64,000 nt of DNA from Raillietiella orientalis (lineage: Eukaryota), in the NCBI GenBank assembly GCA_036172245.1, contig JAYWIR010000001.1, positions 1,426,001-1,490,000 of the forward strand. The letters run 5' to 3'. Position 1 is the first letter of the stretch. Every line of letters starts with the position of its first letter. Positions 24,300 through 36,228 of this stretch are shown one piece after another. Position numbers and translations under genes: made by a program. The notes beneath the pieces are model-generated. The model had not been told where the DNA came from, did not search any database, and saw only the letters and a program-made list of their open reading frames with translations.

Positions 24300-26300
24300 A
24301 GCGTGAGGAACGCAAAACGAGCTGCTCGGCGGCCGCCGTCGCGGGTGCTGACATCTCGCGACGGGAACGCGAACAACGCCAGCGATCGGAGCCTCCGTGG
24401 CTACGGGCCTCAGGGGGTAGGAAGGAACGGGGAAACAAGCGCGAGAAAACAGGACAACAATAATGATAAATTTCGCGATGCGCGCAGACGATCTCAAGGG
24501 GAACGAGCGCGAGCGAGAACCCCTCCTTTCTTCTTCCTGCGCGCTGAGAACGCGGTAAAACGGAGAAGCAACGCCTGCGCACCTGAGCAAAGGGCCGCCG
24601 CGGTGGGGGCAGTCTGACCAAGCGCAGGAGGCGGCAGCAGGCGCGCCTTTCTCCTCCTCCCCCTCACCCCCCGCCTCCATCCACCCGAAGGTGGTGTCGC
24701 GCCGCGGAGTCGGGACAGAAGGAGCAGGACCTCCCGGCGCAGGAGGAGGCGCTCCGGCGCGCACGTGCGCGCCTGAAACAGAGACAGGACACCTGTGCAC
24801 CTCCTACGGTCGACCCCTTTCCCCAGGGGGGCTGCCGCCTTTGTGGGTAGGTACGGAGTGGAGACACCTCGAAGGCTGCGCGCTCGGACGCGAATGAGCA
24901 GACCGTCGAAGAGACCGGGGCGCCTGCTCGGGTGCCGCATCTGTTTGCAGCAGCAGCAGCCGCGCACGGGTTCCTTGCGCGCCCACGCCGAACCCTGTTG
25001 ACAAGAGACGTCGTCAGGAGCGCGCGTTTTCTTCGCCGGCCCCTCCCCGCTGGCGTGCGTGCAGACCGGAGGGGCTGCATGCTTCTCCTCCTCCTCCTCC
25101 TCCTCCTCCCCCTCCCGAGAATAATGGACTGCTCCGGGAGAATGTGCGGTCTTCCTCGACTCGCCGAGGCACGCACGGAACACCCTCGACCGACGCCGCC
25201 TCGCGCGCGCGCGCGCGCGTCCTGCCTGCGTGCTCTTGCGCGAAGAACGGTAGCCGGGCGCGCCGTGGCTGTACGCTCGTTCCTCCTCTCCGCGCCTCCC
25301 TGAGGCCGCGAAAGGCGACGCGGCAGCGGGCACCCTCTGCTGCGGCGGCGGCGGTCGGCCTTTCCTCTTGACTCTTGACCCGGCGACCGGCTCCCGTGCG
25401 ACGCCTGCTGCCCGGATCGCCGAGTCCGTCCACGGAAGAGGAAAAGGGGGGGGGGGTCGGTTTCCGGAGGGGGGACCCCTGCTGCTCGCGTCGCCATCTC
25501 GCCCGGCCCTCGAGTAGGTAGCGCTCTCTCTCGCTGTCGTCCGCTTCTGCCAGCGTGGAAGCAGTCGGCAACCTGCTGCCAGCTCGCAAGTGCAGCTTCG
25601 ACTCGGCCTCCAGTAAGGCGAAGCGCGTCCCTCGGGAGATTAAAAAAAAAAAAAAAAGAGAAACTCTCTTTCCAGCTGCTGCATTCCGGCCTCGTTCCTC
25701 TCGCGCGGCGTTGCCTAGTTGCCATGCCGCCCGCCAATTGCAACAATCCTTCCTTACCGCGCGGCGTTGCCTAGTTGCCAGGCCGCCTGCCAACTGCAAC
25801 AATCCTTCCTTACCGCGCGGCGTTGCCTAGTTGCCAGACCGCCCGCTAACTGCAACAATCCTTCCTTACCGCGCAGAATTTCCGCTCGCTCTCTCTGCGT
25901 CGCCCAAAAAACACTCCCGCTTCGAGTTCGCTCGCATCCTCGTGGAGGACTTCCCACGAAGGCGGAAAGACGCGAAAGGGAACGAACGGGTCCCACATCC
26001 ATGCCCAGGACGCCTTTTGCGCTTTGGGAAACGTTAGGGCAAGCGTGCGCGGGGGCTGCACACGAGGGAGACGCTCCGGCCTTTTTCAGTAGGGGGAATG
26101 CGCGGGGTCCGCCCGCGAGAAGCGTCTTTCCATGCAGCTGATGGGCGGGAAACTCCCGGAACGCCGCGCGGGATCGATGTTCACCTCGTCCGCGCGCTCC
26201 CACCTTCTAATCCCTGCCGTCTGCGCCTCACAGCGCGCCGAAAGCATCGACATCTCTGGGAATGTGATTCTCCCTTTTCCGATCAGAAGTAGCCTCCGCA
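24300..26300. other. GC/CpG-rich low-complexity region
   Basis: Dense CG dinucleotides, (CCT)n at 25086-25108, (GC)n at about 25202-25218; no identifiable product. Confidence 0.5.
25702..25874. repeat. 56-bp tandem repeat, 3.1 copies
   Basis: Unit cgcgcggcgttgcctagttgcca..caacaatccttccttac starts at 25702, 25758, 25814 and 25870. Confidence 0.97.
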
Positions 26301-29300
26301 ACGCGTCACGAGAGGGTGGCCGGCGTGGGAGGCGTCTCAGGCAGACTCAAAGTCGGAAAATGCCTAGCAAGACGAGCTCCGAGGGCACCTGGGGTCCGCG
26401 CTTCGACAAGACCCATCATCAACTCGTGCCGAGAAATGCGCCGAGGACTTCTGAACTGGACCAAGTCCAGGCACGAAGCAGTTGCGACGCTTTCCGTTGA
26501 AGACCGAGCCTCGTCTCGCTTTCGCGACGTTTAAACTCGACGTCCCCGGGAGCAGACCACGCCCCGTTCGTCGCCTCCACGTTTCTACCGTATGCACACA
26601 TCGGTGTTAACATATGTGTATGCATGCGTGTGCACATGTATATCGATGCATGCACTGGTTAGGGTGTTAAATGTGAGAACAAATGACCACGCACCACGGT
26701 TACCAGCTGAGTGCACGCGTCCTGTATGCTTGGGATAACTTCAAAACCACCCAGAGCCAATAGGAAATTCAAGTACCAGGAGCATGGGAGCTGCTCTGGC
26801 ACCTGGATGAAGATGTTTTCCAGATAAGAGCAGAGGAACGTCCAGTGGGCAATGAGATGCCGACCCATTAGTCGGTGGCAGACTCGAGACACGTCAGCAA
26901 AAAGAGCAGCGAGCGAGAGAGCAACTTCAAACCATGTTTCCAATTCTTCGTGGGTTCCATGTCGCTCGTGTCTTCTGACTTCCACTCTCTGCAAGATTCA
27001 GGATCTTTAGTTCTCCCCCTTTTGTAACGAATACTTTTCCATCAGCCTTGTATGACTCGCTGTTTTGGCCACCACTGTTGCCGAGACAGAAGGAAAAGCG
27101 CGCGAAAGCATCGAAGGACTTCAGGTTGTGCCTTCCACCACGCTTGGCGCAAAGCCTACCGCGAACGTGTGGCTTCGAGACGGAGCCTTCCTCAGCAGCC
27201 CATCTTCCATAGTATGGCTGCGTCCCCTATCATTGTGCCGCATTCCTCCTCCACACCCGTTGATGATCCCTGAAGGAAAATCATCACCAAAGGCTCCTGG
27301 GACTAAGTCCTTCGTAAAGCCGCCACCGACTGATCTGCACGTGTTGCCTCTTTCCTGAAAGCTGCCAGGGCGAAGTCTCATGGATTTTATTTTTTTTTTC
27401 CTTGAAATGTACGAGACTTTTCTCCTGTACCTCTGGAATAGTTTTTGATTTGGAGTTTTCAACCCGCCAGCGAATTCCAGCAATCGGGTTTACTCGCAGG
27501 AAAGAACTGTCTTCATGGGTTTCTCGTTGCCCCGTGCTTCAAGAAGAAAGCATCTTTTATTCAGGATTAAATCAAGCATCCGTCCAAGAAACCTTTTTTG
27601 CTTTTGTATGCTTGCAGGACATAAAATTCAGGACCTATTTTGAAGCCTCATTTGTCTTTTGATCTTCTTAAAGTGGTCCATAGCAATAAAAGTCATCATC
27701 GCGCCTTGAAAATGACCTGCAAACAATAGAAGTCAGGTGTCGCCACCTATCGTCCTCTGCTGGTTAGGGCATGTTTCCTGAGGAATCGTGGTGCACCCTG
27801 CGTTCTTTCAGAGGCCAGAATCAACGTCGGAAGTTGAACCGAGAAGGCGAACGGTCCAGCAATGTCGGAAGAATCGATTTGCGGTCGTCTCTTTGTCAAT
27901 CCACAGCTAATAGCACGCTTAATCGGGTAATGTGTACACTGATTGCAACTGGGCACACGGATTGGTTGGTTAGTTTTGACGTTTTCCTTCGACCTTAACG
28001 GATTCTGACACAACTTCTCATATACATTGGTACGGAACGATTCACAAGTGTATTTTGTGTAACGCTGAAACGCCTTGCCACTGTTCCGCACACTTCTTGC
28101 AACATTTCGAACGGCTGTTCTCTGAAATACAGAAGCGAGATCAAGAACTCTAAGACGGAACAGCACCTCAGTTTCGACACCATTAGAAGACCACTCCGAA
28201 GCGAAGGCGCTTGGAGGTGAAGGAATGGTTCTCAGCAAGAAATGCAGACGAGGAAGATGGAGGCGCCGGAAGATCCGGAAGTAGGGAGGCAGACAGAATG
28301 GAAGCAAGCAAGCAAGGGTTCGCAAAAACGGACGGAACTTCCGATCGTTTTGACACAAACCGATGATCACTTCATCAATCGGCATTGCCAGTGCTCCCAG
28401 AAGCATTCAAGCCAGCAAGGAATGAAGGGAAGGAGAAGGGGAACGCACACACACACAGTGCGTTTTCCTTATTGGACGGTGCACAGCGGTGAAATTTTGG
28501 TAACCCTGTCCGTCCCAACTTTCAATCGCGGAAAATACGGGGCAGCACTGATACTCAGAAGTCCCTTTTCGCTGAACACAGTCGGAAGCAGGAAATGCCG
28601 CTCTTTCTCTCTTTGGAGACAGAACCCGATCATTCTACGTCCATCCAAAGAATTTATGATCCTGGTGTTTGGATTCATTTAATCAAGAGGAGCTAAAGAT
28701 CACGTATGTGCGGCCCTAGAAGCTTGCTGAATCAGCAAGCCATTGGTTAGTTAGCTGAATCAGCATATAAATGCCATATTTATTATCTATTTAGTTTCGG
28801 AATTTTGCATCCGTGATGTCTGAGAACGGATGTATCGGTTATATTCATCACAACCCATGCAGTCTTCGACAAACTGGATTTATTTATTTTAGTTTCGATG
28901 GAGTGACTATTGCCATCTAACGGCCAGTTTATGAATTACTTTAGCATTCGTATTTCTTCGCCCGATGACAGCCTCTGTCCGAAGGAATTGGAAGATGCTT
29001 CGAAAAGCACCAACACCCAGCTGGAACTTCGTGGAACTGTTGGATTTCTTATAGAAAATAAATCCGTTCTCTTTGGACAACTCGGTGCCCTCTCGATGGT
29101 GAAATTTTTTCTAGCGTTTAGCGACCCTGCTTCAGGGAAACAGTGCCCTTCGTGTCCGTACATTCGGCGCCACGTTCTGCTTGTTGCCAGGCAACGTGCA
29201 ATGTAGTTGGCTGCTGATTTGAGGTCTCTGCATCTAACGGGATGCACTCAGCTGACTTTACCAATAAAGCCAAGCTTCTTGCGATGTTCTGGAGGGTTAC

Positions 29301-29821
29301 ACGCCAGCTTTAGAACGCAATCGTAACCCAGACGACGTGTATGCGTATGACGTGGATGTTTCCAGTACATAATCACTCTTGGCGGTGAAGCCTTTTACGC
29401 ATGCATGCCCACTTGCAAGTCCATTCTAAGATGCTTAAAGGCCAGCAAGGGTAATTCCTCATCATCGTTGCTAGGGCGAAATGTGTTTCAGGGTTCCCAC
29501 GTCCAAGCTTCCTTCCAGTTCGTGCGAAAATGTCTGCTAAGCCACCACGGAAAACTTTCCGATGCGCACACCGTTCTTGAAATTCACATCTGCGTCCGAA
29601 CTGACCGCTGCATCATCACCCGGGAGACAGGCTCTTTGAGGCAGAGCCAAATCGTGCTGAAGTTGACCCAGTTGTAGAGGATCATCATCATTCCACGTCA
29701 TCATCATTCGAAGTGATGCAAATTAGTTGTGCCGAGTCAAGTTTTTTGGTGAAACTGTGAGATAGAAAAAGCTGCCGAAAAGAAGGAACCAATTTTTTTT
29801 CAAGGAACAAAAAAAAAAAAA

Positions 29822-29865
29822 CAGAAAAAACGCACCCTTACTATTGTAAGGGTGCGTTTTTTCTG
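29822..29865. repeat. Perfect hairpin, 20-bp stem and 4-nt loop
   Basis: cagaaaaaacgcacccttac-tatt-gtaagggtgcgttttttctg. Confidence 0.97.
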
Positions 29866-30350
29866 ATGGTGGAAATCCTTCTTTTCTGTCCTCGCAGTTC
29901 TTCGACACGGTTCCACGCTACCCGAGGGTGGGTAATTCTTCAAGATAGGGGGTACCCCGGGAGGGGACCCCTATTTCCGAACCCATACCAGGAAGGACTC
30001 GGAGTCCGTTCCTCTCACGCCTGGGGAGTGATCCCCAGAAATGGAGATCACCTCCACCCTGGTTGTCTCTGAAGGGGAATCCAGAAGGGAATCTCCTTCC
30101 TTATTCTCTCCGGAGGACCCCCGGGGGGTCCGCTCCATTCTTTCTTCTCTGAAGGGAACCCGGAAAGGATCCGATCCTGGAATTTTTTCCCCGGAGGGAT
30201 CCCCCGCAAGGGATCCATTCCTGTTTTTACTCCTCGGAAGTGAACCCAGAAGGGACGCTTCCTAAATTCAGAAGGACGCAGCCTCCCCGAAGGGGTCGGT
30301 TCGCTTCTCTGCACTCTCTGGAACGGTGGTGGCGACACACCTACTCCATC
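29866..30350 (-). mobile_element. SINE-like body fragment
   Basis: Reverse-complement matches to 46500-47010 (ggagtccgttcct, cggaaaggatccg, cttcaagataggg). Confidence 0.78.
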
Positions 30351-30850
30351 AGTACGACGCGGAAGGTCCCCCCGGAACGAGGGGTCCACTCCTTCACAAC
30401 CGGAGGGGGAACTCCCCACTTCGTGAGTCCCGGCCCTCATCGGGGGCATCCGCTTTCAACCGCCGGCAATGCCGCACCCGGATGAATGTAGGCCAACCAG
30501 CGTCATCTCGCGGGTGAATTTCGGAACCCCACGACGCACTGCGTCGATTCCTTCCGAGTATTTGAACCTACGACGCATGGTGCCACGCATGGTGAACGCA
30601 CCCTTACCATCCCAGCTGATTTGCCAACACAGCATCTCTCTCTGCAACATGCAACAGGCACGCCTAGCTTCATCCTTTCTGATGTCAGCGCGGCCACTTT
30701 CACCTTTCCTGTTGAAGAGAAGCCAGAGTGCAGTTTCCTGGACACCATCGATACCTAGATCTAAGAAGAACACGCTTTGCAGAGAACCTCCCACCACCTC
30801 CGGTTTTGCCTGGATTGTTTCGGCCCTCTGCACCTGCTTCTGGGGGAAGA
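30350..30850 (-). mobile_element. Possible APE endonuclease remnant
   Basis: LDLGIDGVQET..DGKG..LVGLHS..RGDL in the order of APE motifs (QET, D.GR, VYAP, GDFN). Confidence 0.4.
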
Positions 30851-31029
30851 TCACGACAACTCAGGCCGTCCGAGGCTGAGCAGCAGCAGCAGCAGCAGCA
30901 AGGCTTTTCGCCAGCAAGAAAGAAGAGCCCACTTTCTGGAGTGCCGGTAGCGAACGGGGTAGCCTGGCAACGGTGACTTGAAGTCGCCTCACGGCGACCT
31001 CTGAGGACGCCACGCGTTGACGACCGCTT

Positions 31030-31790
31030 GATCGTTGGGATGGAAATCTCGAGAGATTATTAAAAAATAAATACACATACTTAGTGTATGGAGTAACACA
31101 TAGTATAAAGATCATAAGAAATAAATACATGTGCTTGTTGCGCATATTGATATAGATATTTACATATAGATTAATATGCAAATTTATTTTCATGTTAATT
31201 AATTAATGATATGCGTTAATATATGTTATTAACATATACATATTATTTCATGCGTAATGAATATATGTGAAACGAATACACAAACATCGAGTTATGCACA
31301 TGTATATGCATCGAGGATGCCCAAAATAGAATTCGTCATTTCCTGAGGACGCTTCGGAAATGGCAGGAAAGGAAATGCCAAATTTCTTTTTGTTTTTGTT
31401 TTTCTAATATATCTGCTCAGTTCTTATTTTTTCATAACTTGGTGTTACTTATATATTCATCTGATATATGTTTATTATATATACATAAATATATGTATAA
31501 TAAATACATGTATTTATTTTATAATATTTAATATACATTAATGTGTATCATACACCTCATTAGGATGATTCATATAATTGATAATATACATAGTGACAAA
31601 TAATATGCATGAAAATGAATATGCATGAATATGCATGTTAAATATGCATGTTAATATGAATAAGCAAGTATGGCAGGACAAATTTGCGCTTTAATCTATA
31701 TGTAAATACATGTATTAACATATATAATAAGCATATCTGTTTTTTTTGTTGTGTTACGTTTGGCGATCTCGGCATTCGGGATTTTTCACC
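31030..31790. mobile_element. AT-rich foldback/MITE-like element
   Basis: Termini are degenerate inverted copies (gaaatctcgagagattattaaaaaataaatac vs reverse complement of 31731-31790); internal ggcaggaaaggaaatgccaaa block shared with about 48953. Confidence 0.65.
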
Positions 31791-32749
31791 GGCATCGCAA
31801 AAATAAGATCCGTGGACCAGTTTAATCCAGCTTCTCTGAAATGAAATTTTTCTAGGTGACACCCAACTAGACGGCTGTGGACACGCATTATCGCGCCGTA
31901 GATTCGTTACGAAAGCTCTGGAAGAAATAGGTCCTAAGTGGGGTTGGGCCGAGGGGCTCGATGCAACCGCAGCTGAAGAGTGGGAAAAACCGCCACGAAA
32001 GGCTTGAGGAAATAAATCGGTAAGGAACATTCAAAAGAGGCAAGGAGTCTAGAAACACATCACAGAAGAAAAAAAAAAAAAAAATGGCATCCACAGAGGA
32101 ACATTAAAACTGAGACGTTTAATTGGGAGACGCTCGGTCGGCAGCGATCGTAAAGGTCATTTTTTAGGTTCTCTATCAATAACTGTTGCCATTTCTGATT
32201 ACTTCATTTCCGTCAGCAATATGGAACGGCTATCGCTAGCAGAAGGAAGCTCGTAGTGGCCTTTTGGCCGTATTGAGAAACCGAAAGCTATTCTGCTGCG
32301 GCGGAATCCTCTTTCCTCTTCCAGACAAAGATCCATTGGAATGCAGAAGGACTGACTGTGGGGAGGGAGCGTTCGCCCAAAGCAGGAGACCTGGAGTCCA
32401 AGTGCTCTCCTGAAACAAGTCGGTCGCTCCCCATCCCGTAACTGGCGTAAGAAAATCTGGAAATCAATGTGAAACTGGTAAAGTGGAAGAACTCTTCGGG
32501 GACTTCGCCACGCACCTATCAGGTGCTCGGTCAACGTCTCGGTACGGCGAATCCAGAGACCCCCCCTGCCAAGGCGCAAGAAGTGATCTTGATCTGATGA
32601 CGTGCCTTTCAGATTGAGGGGAAACCCTCAGAACACACTTCCGCTGGTACCGCTCTCTTAGCAGACATAGCCGCGGGGTCCGATCTCGGCCGGAACGCCG
32701 AGATCCCGAATAAGAACGTCTTTTCATTGATTTCCTGTGATCTTCCGAG

Positions 32750-33320
32750 ACCGCCGGAATCCCGTCGACGTCTCGAAGCACCACACACGAAAAGTAGACG
32801 TGCCTCTCACGTACATTCATGTGCAAATTTGCATACTTGTATTATTTTAGCAATGTATGTTCGTTAACGCACATTACTCATCATATTAATAATGTGTTGA
32901 TATATCATTAATAAATATTTAATATTATAAAAAAAACAACCGTGCGTTCGTTCTACGTACGAACGTATAAATACATACACTCACAGTACATGTACGTGAA
33001 ACGAATTTATAGATATGGAAGAGTATAAAAATAAAAAGCAATAGTGGAAACAAAATAAAAAAGCGAACAAATTGAAGGAACACGCAAAAAAAGAAATTTG
33101 GCATCTCCTCCACACGCAGCAAGCTGAACTTCCTCAGCAATTCATGAGGGCACTTTCTGCACTTTGACCGTTTGATACAAATACATGTGTTTATGATTCC
33201 TATTCGATATTTATTATGTTCATTTGAGATATATTATTGTACGTATTGATATATATATATATATATGTAAAAGCTAAACGTATGTATTCATAATCTTTGG
33301 GGATTTTGAACCAAACCCGA
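32750..33320. mobile_element. AT-rich foldback/MITE-like element
   Basis: 33040-33175 is the reverse complement of 48880-49020; reverse complement of 33298-33318 (gggtttggttcaaaatcccca) matches 52677-52697. Confidence 0.65.
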
Positions 33321-34329
33321 TGTACCCCAGTCGGGGGACTGGGGACATGTTGCGTTCCTAATCTTGCGTTCCTCTTCGCTGGCCAACACTGCGAAGGGAG
33401 AATGCGCAATGCCTACTTTCGTGGTTCCTCATTTCTGGAGAGCTTCCTCTCTACATCCCTTCACGCCCTGCAGGAACGGGAAGTTTTTAGCTCCACTTTT
33501 GGAATCACAGTTTGTTCGTTTTTCCTTTTGACCCCCACAAGCCGCTCCGTAGCTTTACCGCTCCGGTCTACGCGTTGCCATGACGACCACTGGCTCTCTT
33601 TTCCAGATCTTTTTTCGGCTGCTTTCTCATTTGCGATGCCGAAAATTTCCTTGTTCTCTTGGAGGCAAGATAACTGTAGATCTCGTATCTATAGGTAGAG
33701 CGTCTAAAACTACCGCTTTACCACCGAGCAGCTTTGGAAGTCGCATTCGCCGGTAAAAAAAAAAAAAAAAAAGAAAAAAAAAAATCTGGTTGCCCTACCC
33801 GCAGCTCCAGCCAAATGGATTTGAGTAGCATATTCATCACGTCTCTTCGTCCTCGCGTTTTACATAACATCCCCAGCTTCCATGGAATCTCGCGGTCCCC
33901 TTTTCATGCAATGCTCAGGAACGGGAAAACATTTAACGCATCACATTAACAGATCCGCTTTATACAGTAATGTCGACACCTCTATTTTGGGTCAAGTACA
34001 CTTTTGCAAGCTATTTTGTAGCCTTGAGTAGTTCTTTGCAATAGAAAAGGTAAGCGAAAGAAGAAGCGAAAAAGAAGTTCTTGTGGGTTGACTGCTGTCG
34101 AGTGTTTGTGCAGCCGGGAGTTTCCGCGCTCGAAGAACTCGGAGTGAAGAAATCACTTGAGCGCGTTGCTGGGCTGGGAAGAGGAGTCCAACTTGGAAGA
34201 CGTTGCAGGTTCCATCGGCAATTCAAGAAATGAAAAGTTTGCCTCCGAAATTCCGCGAAAGAAAGAGAAACGCGACAGAAGCAAGAAACGAACCAAGTGC
34301 GGTTCGTGGGGCAAAACGGATGCCCGAGT

Positions 34330-34800
34330 CTTCTTTATGGACCCGCACGACAGACCTGTGAAGATGGTCGAGTTAGAACCAGCTTCGCAGCTGGAGACGG
34401 TGCGGTGAAATTTAGAATCACATCAAGTAGAAGGTCTTTCTCCTTTAGTTCTAGTGGAATCGTTGCATGCACAACTGCACCACTTCGCTCGGCAGTCTAC
34501 ATCGCAACGCGAAAGAATATTTGCAAAAGAAAAAAAGCAACCAAATGAAGCTTTGGTGCCATCTTGCAAGCGCAAAAGAGCTTTACAAACCTTCGGATGA
34601 GTGTCGACAAACTGCCTGCCCGGAGGCGTGCGTTGGAATCTGACCGTTTTCTCTCGGGTGCGCTTGGCAACACTGCGTCGCTGTGGTCCGCTGCTACAGC
34701 AAGGAAAGTTCCGATGCAGTGTGTGTATGGTGAAAATGAGGATGCTCTGTGAAAGGAATGCTGAAGTCTCGTCCTCCGCTTGTACTGGACACCACGGACA
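34330..34800 (+). mobile_element. Probable piggyBac-like transposase C-terminal remnant
   Basis: MDPHD..KFRI..FTNLRMSV..RVRL..P..KFRCSVCMVKMRMLCE followed by a frameshifted Cys; resembles the third catalytic Asp region and Cys-rich domain. Confidence 0.42.
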
Positions 34801-35738
34801 GCACGCTCTCAAACAACCACATCTATATAAACTTTCTGGTGCCACTTTCAACCGTATACAATCCAACCGGAAGGGCCTTTGTTTGCTGAGTTCCCTCATC
34901 TGGGCATCGTTGCATCGTTTCTGGCACACCACGTGCTGACGAGCAAGACCTCAGCCGGAGAAAGTTTTCCTGCTTACAAACTGTGTAGCCGCTGTATCCC
35001 ATAAGCAGCAGTCAATCCAAGATAAAATGGAAATAGAAAAAAAGAATGAACAGAAAAAAAAAGAGGTTGCAGAAGATGGCGTTTATCAGAAACCGTCTAG
35101 TCACGAGCGCAGGGAAACCGAGTTTTGAAATGAACAGCATTCAAACTGTGATCTCCATTTTTTTTTTTTTTTTTAAAAAAAAAAGACAACCGGATTTCAA
35201 AGAACGAAGAATGTGCAGAGGCCAGTCGATGGATCCAAAGGTCAACCAGTTGCCGTTTGCAGCGGCGGCGATGCTAAGAGTTTTTGCGAGAAGCTATGCT
35301 GGGAAGGCACTGCGAGGACCCCTTGAGCCGCTCAAGCTTTGAGCCTTTTGGAGATTCCGGGAACTGCGAGTCGGATGCTTGCGAGTCCCCGAGGACTTCA
35401 TTGGAAGAGAGGGGTGATCGAAATTGCGCGCACGGCTGGCTGATTTCGTTCGTTTGCAGCATTTTGTGAGATGGCTGCGACCACTGTTCCTCGGAATAAA
35501 GGGTCAGCGGCACTTCTTCCCTGCTTCTGTTTCTCCATCCTCCGTCCAAGGTGCTCACACCTGCTGGGAAGAACTTGCCCGCTGTGTCCTTGTGTGAAAT
35601 CGGTGCCTCACTGCTGTCTGCTGTGACTTTTGCTGCAACTCTTCCTTTGCGCAGTTGTCGGCTTTCCGACCAAGCAGGATGGCAGCACCTGCCGAGACTG
35701 CGGCCTAACTGATTTCAATTAATGAGCGTAACCACGCT

Positions 35739-35925
35739 CCCGCGTTGGCGGCCGTGTGGCTACGGGCTCCGCGCGTGGTACCAGGAGTCGCGCGTTTGAA
35801 TCCTACCTGGAGAAGGATGGACTCCAGAGAAGAAATGGTTTTTTTTCGAGTTCCTCCACCCCCGCAGCACGACGCTGGCTGGTTAGCCTTTTGGCTTCGT
35901 GCGGCACTTTGGGTGCACGGAGGAG
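35739..35925 (+). mobile_element. tRNA-headed SINE-like element, 5' part
   Basis: cccgcgttggcggccgtg head, degenerate B-box gtttgaatcc, start of body. Confidence 0.72.
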
Positions 35926-35969
35926 GGCCGACCCTCATGGGGGGAGGAACTTTATTTTCACAATCAGAG

Positions 35970-36228
35970 GGTGACCCGGCAGGCCTCCTTGATTCCTGGA
36001 AGGACATCGGATGATCAACTTCCAATCCCGGGCTACTCAGTGGGGACATCCGTCTTCCGCCAGTGCCGTGCTCGAAGCCCTTGGGTCAACCAGAGCCATC
36101 CCGCGGAGGCAATCGAAACCCATGGCGCATCCATTTCTCGGCGTCGATGCCTCCCCGGGCGGGATTCGAACCCGCATCACTCGTTGTCAAGGGCGGAGGC
36201 TGCTGCAGCCTCAGGGTCGCCAACGCGT
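35970..36228 (-). mobile_element. tRNA-headed SINE-like element, 5' part
   Basis: gggattcgaaccc at 36161-36173 (B-box on minus strand); body matches 40697-40860. Confidence 0.78.

Noticed and set aside
25450..25631. Possible minus-strand exon (UBA-like DALRLTGGRVEAA or HMG-like AEADDSERERY)
   Set aside because: Two conflicting weak resemblances in different frames; unsupported without a search
25702..25874. CRISPR array
   Set aside because: Contiguous tandem units, no unique spacers, no cas genes, eukaryotic context
23562..26203. Long overlapping ORFs of 200-360 aa
   Set aside because: Expected from GC-rich, stop-poor sequence; Arg/Ala/Pro-rich with no domain
29822..29865. Rho-independent terminator
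   Set aside because: Eukaryotic TE context with no upstream bacterial-type gene
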